Source: a phage | DNA: 47,750 nt | Sequence record: PZ379542.1 | Direction: 5' to 3' (one strand) | Shown here: in pieces, positions 35,356 to 43,558 of the stretch | How the letters are laid out: every line of letters starts with the position of its first letter | Numbering within the stretch: position 1 is the stretch's first letter | Position numbers and translations under genes: made by a program | The notes under the pieces: generated by a model | What the model was told of the DNA's origin: nothing | What the model saw: only the letters and a program-made list of their open reading frames with translations | Database searches by the model: none

Positions 35356-36040
35356 GAATCAGGTAAACCGCAACCTTAGCGTTGCGGTAACTGAGCTAAT
35401 ATCTGCAATGAAAGAATCAGCTACGCGGCTTAAGATTGACACTGCCGAGGAGCTAGAGCAGGAAGATAATTATCTCGACGCAATCATAGCAGCGCTTATA
35501 GCTTCTGTTGTAGCTACACTTCCGGCAATTGGAGCGTCAATATACAGGTATAATTCATCGCAGTTTCTTGTGCTGGCAATCAAGACCGGTGGCGGCTCGG
35601 TCCAGTCAGTTATGGACTTGAGACTTAACGGTATAAATGGAGATGAAGATTGGTATCAGCCGGATTTAAAACAGTGGCTTTACACATCAAATAAGTCCGT
35701 TGAAAAGTTACTCAACAATATCAAGGACGACTTTATTCAGTCTGCATCAATCATACAGAGTGGTGACTACCTTAAGATTAACGAAAGGTACAAGATTTAC
35801 CGCAAGAGAACTGCTAATATAGCCTCAGGCATCACGTCCAGTATTAACTCTACGTTCATGCGCAGGAGGCTAGAGGATGCTGGTGTTACCCATTACATTT
35901 GGCACGGCATGCTTGATGAAAGGGAGCGAATGACCCATTTCAAGAAAGAGGGCCTAAGCTTCAGGTTGAGCGGTAACGATCTCTTCCCTGGTCAGGAATA
36001 CGGCTGTCGTTGTTGGGCTGTGCCGGATTGGGAGTCATAA
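35312..36040 (+). CDS. minor head / head morphogenesis protein
   Basis: Position after portal, overlapping its 3' end. Confidence 0.55.
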   Translation: MKPVKTRWKYPQTIENQVNRNLSVAVTELISAMKESATRLKIDTAEELEQEDNYLDAIIAALIASVVATLPAIGASIYRYNSSQFLVLAIKTGGGSVQSVMDLRLNGINGDEDWYQPDLKQWLYTSNKSVEKLLNNIKDDFIQSASIIQSGDYLKINERYKIYRKRTANIASGITSSINSTFMRRRLEDAGVTHYIWHGMLDERERMTHFKKEGLSFRLSGNDLFPGQEYGCRCWAVPDWES

Positions 36041-36088
36041 CATGAGGATGAAAGATGAATTCGATGGATTTTAGTGAGGAGAATTGGG

Positions 36089-37195
36089 ATGTATAAGAAT
36101 CGCTTTGATACAGCAACATTCAAAGCCACCATTGACGAGAATGGTTTTCTCGTCGATACGCCAGTAGTAGCAAGGGTTGGTGTGCAGGTTTATTTCACAG
36201 AGGACGGTTCGACTGTTCGAGAGTTCAGGCCAGCAGAAGAAGTCTTCAAAGAGGAGTCGCTAGCCAGTTACCAGGGTAAGCCAATGACTCTTGACCACGT
36301 CTTTGTAAACTCCGATAACGCTAAAGACGTAGTGGTCGGCTCGGTAACTGGTAAAGCTGAGGCTCTAGGAAGTACGGTAATTGCGCCAATTGTCGTATAC
36401 TCTCAAGAAGCTATTGACGAGGCTCGCTCAGGTAACGCTAAGGAATTATCTGTAGGTTACTCTGCCGTTCTTGATGAAACTCCGGGTTGGGGTGACCCTG
36501 CAACTGGTAATTATATCCTTAGAAGTGACAACACACAGGGGCTCGACATACCTCCTGACTGGCAAGAGTTCGACGCAATCCAGAGAGACATTAAGGTAAA
36601 CCATTTAGCTATGGTCTTCAGGGGTAGGGCTGGAATTGCTAAGCTAAATATGGACGGGCAGCAAGAAAACCCGTATACTGACAACGTTGATTTAAATACT
36701 AAGGAAAACAAAATGACAGTTAAGATTAAGATTGACTCTGTTGAAGTTGAGGTGTCTAAAGAGGTTGCAGACCACATCTCCAAAATTAACTCCGCTGTTG
36801 AAGCACAGAAAGCTAAGGTTGATTCCATCGAAGCTGAGCGTGACGCACTGAAAGCCAAAGTAGACGCAATGCCCGCTGAAATCGAGAAAGCAGTCAAAGC
36901 TGCCAAAGCTGACGCTGAAGCACTTGCCGCTCTGGTTACTGTAGCCACTGAAGCTGGTGTTAAGACTGATGGCCTGGATGCTAAAGGCATTAAGGTATTA
37001 TACGTTAAAGAAGTTTCCGGCCTTGATGTTTCCGAGAAGTCCGACGCATACATCGATGCAGCGTTCGACATTGCCAAAGAATCTGATAAAATGGCTGAAG
37101 TACGTAAAGCGACTACCGCTTCCGACAAATCTGACAGCGCCGATGAGCCTAAGAAATTAGACCCACGTGCTCGTTTAGCTAAAATTAAGAAATAA
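36089..37195 (+). CDS. prohead protease / scaffolding protein (fusion-like)
   Basis: ATG 36089 with GGAG RBS; C-terminal Ala/Lys/Glu-rich coiled-coil typical of scaffolds. Confidence 0.55.
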   Translation: MYKNRFDTATFKATIDENGFLVDTPVVARVGVQVYFTEDGSTVREFRPAEEVFKEESLASYQGKPMTLDHVFVNSDNAKDVVVGSVTGKAEALGSTVIAPIVVYSQEAIDEARSGNAKELSVGYSAVLDETPGWGDPATGNYILRSDNTQGLDIPPDWQEFDAIQRDIKVNHLAMVFRGRAGIAKLNMDGQQENPYTDNVDLNTKENKMTVKIKIDSVEVEVSKEVADHISKINSAVEAQKAKVDSIEAERDALKAKVDAMPAEIEKAVKAAKADAEALAALVTVATEAGVKTDGLDAKGIKVLYVKEVSGLDVSEKSDAYIDAAFDIAKESDKMAEVRKATTASDKSDSADEPKKLDPRARLAKIKK

Positions 37196-37207
37196 GGAGT
37201 TATAAAC

Positions 37208-37705
37208 ATGGCAATTCGTTCCGTAGCACTGGCTGGTATGGTTTCTGATACTTCTCTGTATAACATCGACGGAGCTTGCGTGGTTGGCGGCAGCGATGCA
37301 ATTCCGGTTGGTGTAGCTGTTAGAGTATCTACGCTAGAACCGTTAGTTGATGGTCACAAATCCGTTGTTGCAACTGGTATTGCTGCAAACGCGGCTTATG
37401 GCGTAGTTGTTCGTTCTCATTACGAGACTCCAGGTGGCACCGCTAAAGTGAAAGAGGCTGTTAACGTAATGACCGCTGGCCGAATCTGGATGCGCACTAA
37501 CCTTACAGTAGCGCCAAACTTCGGTATTGCCGTTTTGGTGGATTCAACTGGCGTAGTTGTTGCAGACGCAGCAGCTGGCGGAGTGGCAACTGGCTGGACA
37601 TTCGCTGGCGGATTCATTCCCGCAGCAACCGCAGATGGCGCAATGCCAACTCAAGGTGATAGCGTTGATGGTCCTCTGGTAGAAGTTCAGGTTAAGCAGA
37701 AGTAA
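37208..37705 (+). CDS. head decoration-like protein (candidate)
   Basis: Gly/Ala/Val-rich 165-aa ORF between scaffold and major capsid genes. Confidence 0.45.
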   Translation: MAIRSVALAGMVSDTSLYNIDGACVVGGSDAIPVGVAVRVSTLEPLVDGHKSVVATGIAANAAYGVVVRSHYETPGGTAKVKEAVNVMTAGRIWMRTNLTVAPNFGIAVLVDSTGVVVADAAAGGVATGWTFAGGFIPAATADGAMPTQGDSVDGPLVEVQVKQK

Positions 37706-37725
37706 GATTATCATTAATTAAACAA

Positions 37726-37749
37726 GCCTCCTTCGGGAGGTTTTTTTTT
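37726..37749 (+). terminator. rho-independent terminator
   Basis: cctcc-ttcg-ggagg + T9. Confidence 0.8.
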
Positions 37750-37791
37750 GTGTATTTTGCCATCCAGATTTAAGCCTCATGTATGATGCTA

Positions 37792-37819
37792 TTGTAACAA
37801 CCACAAAGTCGTGTATAAT
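37792..37819 (+). promoter_or_regulatory. sigma70-like promoter upstream of major capsid gene
   Basis: -35 ttgtaa, 16-bp spacer, -10 tataat preceded by tg. Confidence 0.5.
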
Positions 37820-37857
37820 TGACTCGTACATACCTAACTGAAAAGGAATAAACAAGA

Positions 37858-38799
37858 ATGGCCATTAAATTTGATGCAGAACAAGCAAAAATCACCTCTC
37901 ACCTTGAGCAAATGGGCGTAGATAAAGCTGATGCCGCTGGTATCTGGACCGTTAGCCAGCTTACCGCTGCTCTGAATCGCGCTTACGAAAAAGAATACGC
38001 AGAAAACTCAGTTGTTAATATCTTCCCGGTAACTAATGAAATTCCTGGTCACGCGAAGTATTTCGAATATCCAGAGTTTGATGGTGTTGGTATTGCTCAG
38101 ATTATCGCTGATTACTCTGATGACTTGCCGCTGGTTGATGCTTTCATGACCGAGAAACAAGGTAAAGTGTTCCGTTTCGGTAACGCATTCCTGATTTCTA
38201 CTGACGAAATCAAGGCTGGCGCTGCTACTGGTCAATCACTGTCAACTCGCAAACAGGCATTAGCTTTCGAAGCGCACGACAACCTGCTTGATAAACTGGT
38301 TTGGTCTGGCTCCACCCCGCACGGTATCCCTAGCGTATTCGACCATCCTAACATCAACAACGTTGTTGCTGGTACGTGGAACTCCGCAGCTGCCGCCATG
38401 ACTGATATCACCGCACTTATTGATGCGATCGAGACTTCGACCAATGGCACTCACACCGCAACTGATATCTTGCTGCCCGCTTCCGCTCGCCGCCTGATGC
38501 AAGAGCTGGTTCCTAACACCTCTATCAGTTACGCGCAGTTGTTTGCTACCAACAACTCGGGCATCAATCTGCGTTATCTGCAGTTCCTGGATAACTACGA
38601 TGGCGCAGGTGGCAAAGCTGCTCTGGCGTTTGAGAAGGATCCACTCAATATGAGTATTGAGATTCCAGAGGTTACTAACGTGCTTCCAGCTCAACCTAAA
38701 GACCTGCATTTCCGCTATCCTGTAACATCAAAAGCGACGGGATTGATTGTTTATCGCCCTCTGACGATGGCTGTAATCAAAGGCATCACCTTCGCGTAA
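37858..38799 (+). CDS. major capsid protein (lambda E-like)
   Basis: 313 aa; strong AAAGGAATAAACAAGA RBS region; own promoter and terminator. Confidence 0.8.
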   Translation: MAIKFDAEQAKITSHLEQMGVDKADAAGIWTVSQLTAALNRAYEKEYAENSVVNIFPVTNEIPGHAKYFEYPEFDGVGIAQIIADYSDDLPLVDAFMTEKQGKVFRFGNAFLISTDEIKAGAATGQSLSTRKQALAFEAHDNLLDKLVWSGSTPHGIPSVFDHPNINNVVAGTWNSAAAAMTDITALIDAIETSTNGTHTATDILLPASARRLMQELVPNTSISYAQLFATNNSGINLRYLQFLDNYDGAGGKAALAFEKDPLNMSIEIPEVTNVLPAQPKDLHFRYPVTSKATGLIVYRPLTMAVIKGITFA

Positions 38800-38804
38800 T
38801 AAAT

Positions 38805-38827
38805 CGCCCTCTTATGAGGGCTTTTTT
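38805..38827 (+). terminator. rho-independent terminator
   Basis: cgccctc-ttat-gagggc + T6. Confidence 0.8.
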
Positions 38828-38890
38828 ACGTCTGTACCTAATGGATTTGTTGGGTTATAATCAACCATCAACTAATAAAAGGAGACAAAA

Positions 38891-39136
38891 ATGATTCGTT
38901 TAGAACACACTGGAGCTTGCCTTATCGTTTACAAAGGTGAGAAATATTTGCCTGGTGACACTTTCGAGGTTGATGTAATTTGCGACGGGCTCAAGCGTTT
39001 AATCGCAGAGGGTAAACTCACCATTGAGGGTGACACCAAAGCAACCAAACAAATCGCGCAAGAAGTTGTTAGCAAGAAAAAGCGCAAAGAACCGAAAACC
39101 ATCTCCGAGGCTGAGACTGGTAACGAGTACAAATAA
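38891..39136 (+). CDS. hypothetical structural protein
   Basis: AAAGGAGA RBS. Confidence 0.5.
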   Translation: MIRLEHTGACLIVYKGEKYLPGDTFEVDVICDGLKRLIAEGKLTIEGDTKATKQIAQEVVSKKKRKEPKTISEAETGNEYK

Positions 39137-39177
39137 CAAACAGGGCGCTTCGGCGTCCTTTATTGTATGGAGCTAAT

Positions 39178-39576
39178 ATGAATGATGCAATTTTGGCGTT
39201 TATGCGATCTCTTGTTCCTGCGCTCAAAGCGGTGGATGACGAATCAATTAATGTATGGATTGATTTGGCACGTCTCTACGTATGCGAAAGCAAGTTTGGC
39301 GCAGACAAAGATAAGGCGGTAGGACTTTACGCATTACACCTGATGCTTGCTGATGGCGCATTTAAGGGTGAGAATGAAGGCCTGGAAACATACAGCCGTA
39401 GAATGGCAAGTTATGCGCTGAGCGGTGAATTTTCTATCACTTATGATAACCAGTCAGCAATCCAGGGTGACTTATCATCTTCATCATGGGGCCGCATGTA
39501 CAAAGCACTTCTCCGCAAGAAAGGTGGCGGCTTTGGATTGATTACGTCCGCTGGGCGTGAGTGCGGTTGCCAATGA
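39178..39576 (+). CDS. head-tail connector / head completion protein (candidate)
   Basis: ATG 39178 with GGAG RBS (track start is TTG 39163). Confidence 0.45.
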   Translation: MNDAILAFMRSLVPALKAVDDESINVWIDLARLYVCESKFGADKDKAVGLYALHLMLADGAFKGENEGLETYSRRMASYALSGEFSITYDNQSAIQGDLSSSSWGRMYKALLRKKGGGFGLITSAGRECGCQ

Positions 39577-39944
39577 ATTACTCCCAAGTAGAATCATTAA
39601 TGCGCACGGGCATCAATATCTTTAGTGATGGCGATGGTACATTCACGATGAATACTGGTAAAGGTGGTGTCGAAATTGTTGACGGCGTTGAGGTTCCTGT
39701 AGCTGGCGGCACTGCATTAATCAATGGGCTGGTGAGGGAGATTAAAACCAGAGATATTGATGGCGAATATATCCAGTTTGGTGACAAGCGTGGAATTTTC
39801 ACTTCTGAAGTCCCAATCTTGCAGGGCTACAGGATTATAGTTGACGATGAAACTTACACTGTAGTCGACCCGAGGCCAGTCAAACCAACAGGAACTATAG
39901 TGGCTTACAGACCAATTCTAAGGAGGGTTGCTACCTATGGCTAG
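39561..39944 (+). CDS. hypothetical structural protein
   Basis: ORF overlapping neighbours; start uncertain (GTG 39561 or ATG 39573). Confidence 0.45.
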   Translation: MRLPMNYSQVESLMRTGINIFSDGDGTFTMNTGKGGVEIVDGVEVPVAGGTALINGLVREIKTRDIDGEYIQFGDKRGIFTSEVPILQGYRIIVDDETYTVVDPRPVKPTGTIVAYRPILRRVATYG

Positions 39945-40374
39945 AAATATTGGTGGGTTGGCTACATTTACGAATAGTATTGCTGATTGGATTGATAGAG
40001 CTGATGATAACTTCTCTGATATTGTTTCTGGCACTGTAATTAAGGCTGCTAACGCCATCGTTGATTTATCGCCTGTTGATACTGGTAGGTTTAAGGCTAA
40101 CTGGCAGATTACAGCGAACTCCCCAGCCGCTCAGTCTCTGAATGATTACGACAAAACAGGTGGAGATACAAAAAGGTATCTGGCAAGGCAAGCTCGAGCT
40201 GTGGCTAATTCACCAGCGACAAAGGTTATCTACATAACTAACAGGCTTGATTACGCCTCTGACCTTGAGTATGGATCGTCACAACAAGCGCCAGCAGGTG
40301 TACTTGGTGTAGTCAATATCCGGCTTGGGCGTTACTTCGAAGAAGCCGTAGCTGAAGCAAGGAGTAAACGATAA
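39937..40374 (+). CDS. tail completion / head-tail joining protein (candidate)
   Basis: ATG 39937 after AAGGAGGG RBS. Confidence 0.45.
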   Translation: MARNIGGLATFTNSIADWIDRADDNFSDIVSGTVIKAANAIVDLSPVDTGRFKANWQITANSPAAQSLNDYDKTGGDTKRYLARQARAVANSPATKVIYITNRLDYASDLEYGSSQQAPAGVLGVVNIRLGRYFEEAVAEARSKR

Positions 40375-40772
40375 TGCAGTATGAATTATCTTTGGCGGCA
40401 AGGAGGTTTGTGACTGATTTGGTTAAAACGTTTCCAGTCAGGTATCCAATCTCCTATGAAAACGTAGCCTTTTCCCCTCCAAGAAATGGCGGCATGTGGC
40501 TGAAGTACGATTATACCGAGGCTGACACAGTAACCTATAGCTTGAGTCGCAAGTGTAAGTATTATGTTGGCATGGTTCAGGTATCTGTCTTTTTCTCACC
40601 AGGTGATGGTGTTGATAGTGCGAGGAGAATTGCTAATCAATTGGCAGAATCAATGCTTGATGGTACAATGCTTGACACAGGCTACATTTATGAGGGCGGA
40701 GTAGTTCACCCGGTAGTGAAGTCAAAATCTGGCTGGTTTATTCCAGTTCGTTTCTATGTTCGTCTTGACTAA
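40374..40772 (+). CDS. tail terminator-like protein (candidate)
   Basis: ATGA-coupled; position before major tail protein. Confidence 0.45.
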   Translation: MQYELSLAARRFVTDLVKTFPVRYPISYENVAFSPPRNGGMWLKYDYTEADTVTYSLSRKCKYYVGMVQVSVFFSPGDGVDSARRIANQLAESMLDGTMLDTGYIYEGGVVHPVVKSKSGWFIPVRFYVRLD

Positions 40773-40782
40773 AAGGTTGCAA

Positions 40783-41268
40783 ATGAAAGAGTTCTTAAAT
40801 TCTCTTTACGATTATCGCGATGGTCAAATCTTTCATAAAGGAGGTTCAAAGCCATGTGGGTATGGAAAGCCTAACGGATACATTCAAACTTACGTCTCAA
40901 AGACTGGTAAGAAGTATGTTCACAGGATTATTTGGACAATGCATAATGGAGACATCCCAGAAGGCATGCAAATTGACCATTTAAATGGCAATAGGAGCGA
41001 CAACCGCATTGAGAATTTAAGGTGCGCATCAGTAACTGAAAATAGAAGAAATTCAGGAACGAAATATAGGTATCGTAGATTCCCTGGTGTTAATGGTGTA
41101 AACTACAATAAGCGCGATAATCTTTGGCATGCAATGATTTCTGATAATGGCGTAGCTAAGAGCCTTGGTCATTACAAGTCATTTGTTAGTGCATGTGAAG
41201 CTAGAATTATCGCAGAAGTAAATCTTGGATACCACGTAAATCACGCGATGCGTGATAGCGTATATTAA
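40783..41268 (+). CDS. HNH homing endonuclease (HNH + AP2-like DNA-binding region)
   Basis: HRIIWTMHNGDIPEGMQIDHLNGNRSDNRIENLR; paralogous to the 42982-43467 gene. Confidence 0.8.
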   Translation: MKEFLNSLYDYRDGQIFHKGGSKPCGYGKPNGYIQTYVSKTGKKYVHRIIWTMHNGDIPEGMQIDHLNGNRSDNRIENLRCASVTENRRNSGTKYRYRRFPGVNGVNYNKRDNLWHAMISDNGVAKSLGHYKSFVSACEARIIAEVNLGYHVNHAMRDSVY

Positions 41269-41277
41269 CTTAACTCT

Positions 41278-41955
41278 TTGAATTGGAGGTGTATTATTGC
41301 CCATCTCAGCAATGGCACTCAGGTCTTCGTAGAAGGCACTAGGGGAGCTGCTATCGACGTAACCGCAATTTCCAACGCGGTTAATCCTGTTTTAACTTTG
41401 TCCAGCGTTGCAGATATTGCACGCGGTGACTACCTGTTGTTTACCAGCTCCGCTTCAACTCTGCTGGCTGATAAGCAAGTTCGCGTTACCGCAGTGTCTG
41501 GTTCAACCGTAACTGTTGAAGGTATTGACACCTCCAGCACCACCAAGTTCCCGGCCGGTTTAACTGGTGAAGTGGTTAAGATTCTTAGCTGGTTTGAGGT
41601 TCCTTGCGTTCAGGACGTATCCACTGACGGCGGCGAACAGCAGTTCGTTAACTTCCAGTGTTTATCCGATGACCGTGAGCAACAGATTCCAACTTATAAA
41701 TCTGCGGTAACTAATACCTACACTTTCGCGCACGAATACACCAACCCGATATATCCGATTCTGCGTAACTATGACGAAGCTGGTACTGTTGTTGCTATCC
41801 GTCTGTTCGTACCTCGCGCTAGTGAGATGCGTCTTCAGTCTGGCACTATCGCTTTCAACGACACGCCGAGCATTGGTGTTAACGAAATCGAAACGGTATC
41901 CATTGCGGTATCTATTCGCGGCAGGCTGAGTTCTGTAGCTTCTGAACTGGCATAA
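41278..41955 (+). CDS. major tail protein (candidate); non-ATG start
   Basis: 225-aa frame has no ATG; starts with TTG 41278 or ATT 41296 after GGAGGTG RBS; followed by strong terminator. Confidence 0.55.
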   Translation: MNWRCIIAHLSNGTQVFVEGTRGAAIDVTAISNAVNPVLTLSSVADIARGDYLLFTSSASTLLADKQVRVTAVSGSTVTVEGIDTSSTTKFPAGLTGEVVKILSWFEVPCVQDVSTDGGEQQFVNFQCLSDDREQQIPTYKSAVTNTYTFAHEYTNPIYPILRNYDEAGTVVAIRLFVPRASEMRLQSGTIAFNDTPSIGVNEIETVSIAVSIRGRLSSVASELA

Positions 41956-41960
41956 AAATT

Positions 41961-41983
41961 AACCCTCTTCGGAGGGTTTTTTA
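41961..41983 (+). terminator. rho-independent terminator
   Basis: ccctc-ttcg-gaggg + T6. Confidence 0.8.
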
Positions 41984-41985
41984 TT

Positions 41986-42031
41986 GATAGCACTTTTTGT
42001 TAAAGGCTAAGTCGCGGATTGCTGTATAGTT
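41986..42031 (+). promoter_or_regulatory. palindrome-containing promoter cassette
   Basis: atagcactttttgttaaa; ctgtatagt; ttcatcgaaaaga. Confidence 0.55.
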
Positions 42032-42063
42032 CATTCATCGAAAAGAAATGAGAGATTAATGAA

Positions 42064-42312
42064 ATGAACAACGTTAAAAATATCATCAAACTTGCTGCTG
42101 CTCTTGGTGCTTTCTACCTGGCAATTCAGATTGTCAACCCAACTGGTGGCGCAACCGCTAACTCTGATGCAATAAAGTATGAACATGAATTTAATAGTGC
42201 ATATTCTCATTGTGAAAAAGTAGCTGGCGATAAGACAAATCAGATTCTGCATTATGGTCGCGAGGTGTGCACCGAAGTTGCTCACAACATTGTAAAAAAC
42301 GAATCAAAGTAA
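42064..42312 (+). CDS. hypothetical secreted/membrane protein
   Basis: N-terminal hydrophobic IIKLAAALGAFYLAIQI; own cassette promoter inside the tail module. Confidence 0.5.
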   Translation: MNNVKNIIKLAAALGAFYLAIQIVNPTGGATANSDAIKYEHEFNSAYSHCEKVAGDKTNQILHYGREVCTEVAHNIVKNESK

Positions 42313-42347
42313 TATAATCATTCAACACAAACAAAGGAGATAACGAG

Positions 42348-42662
42348 ATGGCAAAATTTAAACTTTCACTTAAGGCGCTGCCTGACTTTAAACTTCCAGT
42401 TAAGTTCCAGTTAGCTAATGGCGATGATGCAGAAGTAGTGCTAACAGTTAAGCACAAGAAATCATCTGAGTTGCAGGAGATTCTTAACCGTGAGAACTTC
42501 AGCACCAAAGAATTGATTAACGAAATCTGCTCTGATTGGGATTTAGAAGAACCATTTAACGATGAGAACGTAGAAGAGTTCGCGAACCTTTTCCCTGCCG
42601 CAGTTCCGTCATTAATGGATTCATACATGAAGGCGTTAGCGGGACAAAGGGTAAAAATTTAA
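42348..42662 (+). CDS. tail assembly chaperone (G-like)
   Basis: Acidic 104-aa ORF upstream of tape measure; GGAGA RBS. Confidence 0.6.
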   Translation: MAKFKLSLKALPDFKLPVKFQLANGDDAEVVLTVKHKKSSELQEILNRENFSTKELINEICSDWDLEEPFNDENVEEFANLFPAAVPSLMDSYMKALAGQRVKI

Positions 42663-42976
42663 GGCGCGCTGTATTTTTGCAGTACCAATCACCACCAACT
42701 GACGCTGAACTCGAAGCGATTGGAATGAAAAGATCAGACTATGACGGTGAGGAGCCTGAAGAGTTATACTTCGATGAGGATATGATGCAAAGTTGGGATT
42801 TGTACTGCGCCATGTCTACTCAGTGGAGGGTTGGTACATGCGGCGCCACAGGTCTTGATTACAACTGCTTGAATTTTCTTTTTGATGTTTACGAAGTCAG
42901 TGATAGACAAATGGTACTTAACGATATCAGGGTGCTGGAAGCTAAAGCCCTTGATATGATGAGAGATAAAAAATAA
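42566..42976 (+). CDS. tail assembly chaperone -1 frame extension (GT-like, putative)
   Basis: The -1 frame is open from 42566 and overlaps the G-like ORF 3' end; no canonical X_XXY_YYZ heptamer found. Confidence 0.35.
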   Translation, partial: ERRRVREPFPCRSSVINGFIHEGVSGTKGKNLRRAVFLQYQSPPTDAELEAIGMKRSDYDGEEPEELYFDEDMMQSWDLYCAMSTQWRVGTCGATGLDYNCLNFLFDVYEVSDRQMVLNDIRVLEAKALDMMRDKK

Positions 42977-42981
42977 AGCGC

Positions 42982-43467
42982 CTACTGGCGCTTTTTGTTA
43001 CCGTGATTTTCATGGTATTTAAATCTAAAGTCAGCATCGAATCTTGCTTTTTTAGCGTCTGAAATGTTATCAAAATACCCAAGATGAACATCTTTTCCAT
43101 CTACACCTATCCTTACCTGCCATTTTCCATTTGATTTATTCCAAGATACACCATTAACTCCGCTAGAGTTTCTTACTTGCTTTGGTTTGTTCTTTTTGTT
43201 TTCCTGCTGCGTGACTAGCCTTAGGTTTGAAATCCTGTTATCTGATTTGTCCTGATTTACATGGTCAATCTGCATCCCTTCAGGTATCTCGCCATGATGC
43301 ATCTCCCATATTATCCTATGAGCAAGGTATAGCTTCCTATTAAAGCAAACTTGAATGTATCCTCTCTTATGCTTAGTTCCCGCAACGTCGCCCTTTGTGA
43401 ATCTAGGTGATGTTGGGTTTTTCCATATCAATTTCATTCCATCATAATCAAACAAATATTTAAACAT
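42982..43467 (-). CDS. HNH homing endonuclease (HNH + AP2-like)
   Basis: AHRIIWEMHHGEIPEGMQIDHVNQDKSDNRISNLR; opposite strand inside the tail operon. Confidence 0.8.
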   Translation of the reverse strand: MFKYLFDYDGMKLIWKNPTSPRFTKGDVAGTKHKRGYIQVCFNRKLYLAHRIIWEMHHGEIPEGMQIDHVNQDKSDNRISNLRLVTQQENKKNKPKQVRNSSGVNGVSWNKSNGKWQVRIGVDGKDVHLGYFDNISDAKKARFDADFRFKYHENHGNKKRQ

Positions 43468-43558
43468 TTTACCCCCAAAGTCGAAGTGTTAATGTATTAT
43501 ACATACTGAGATTTATTGTTTTTGACTTTTGGTGCTATTAGCTACTAGTGGAGGAAAA

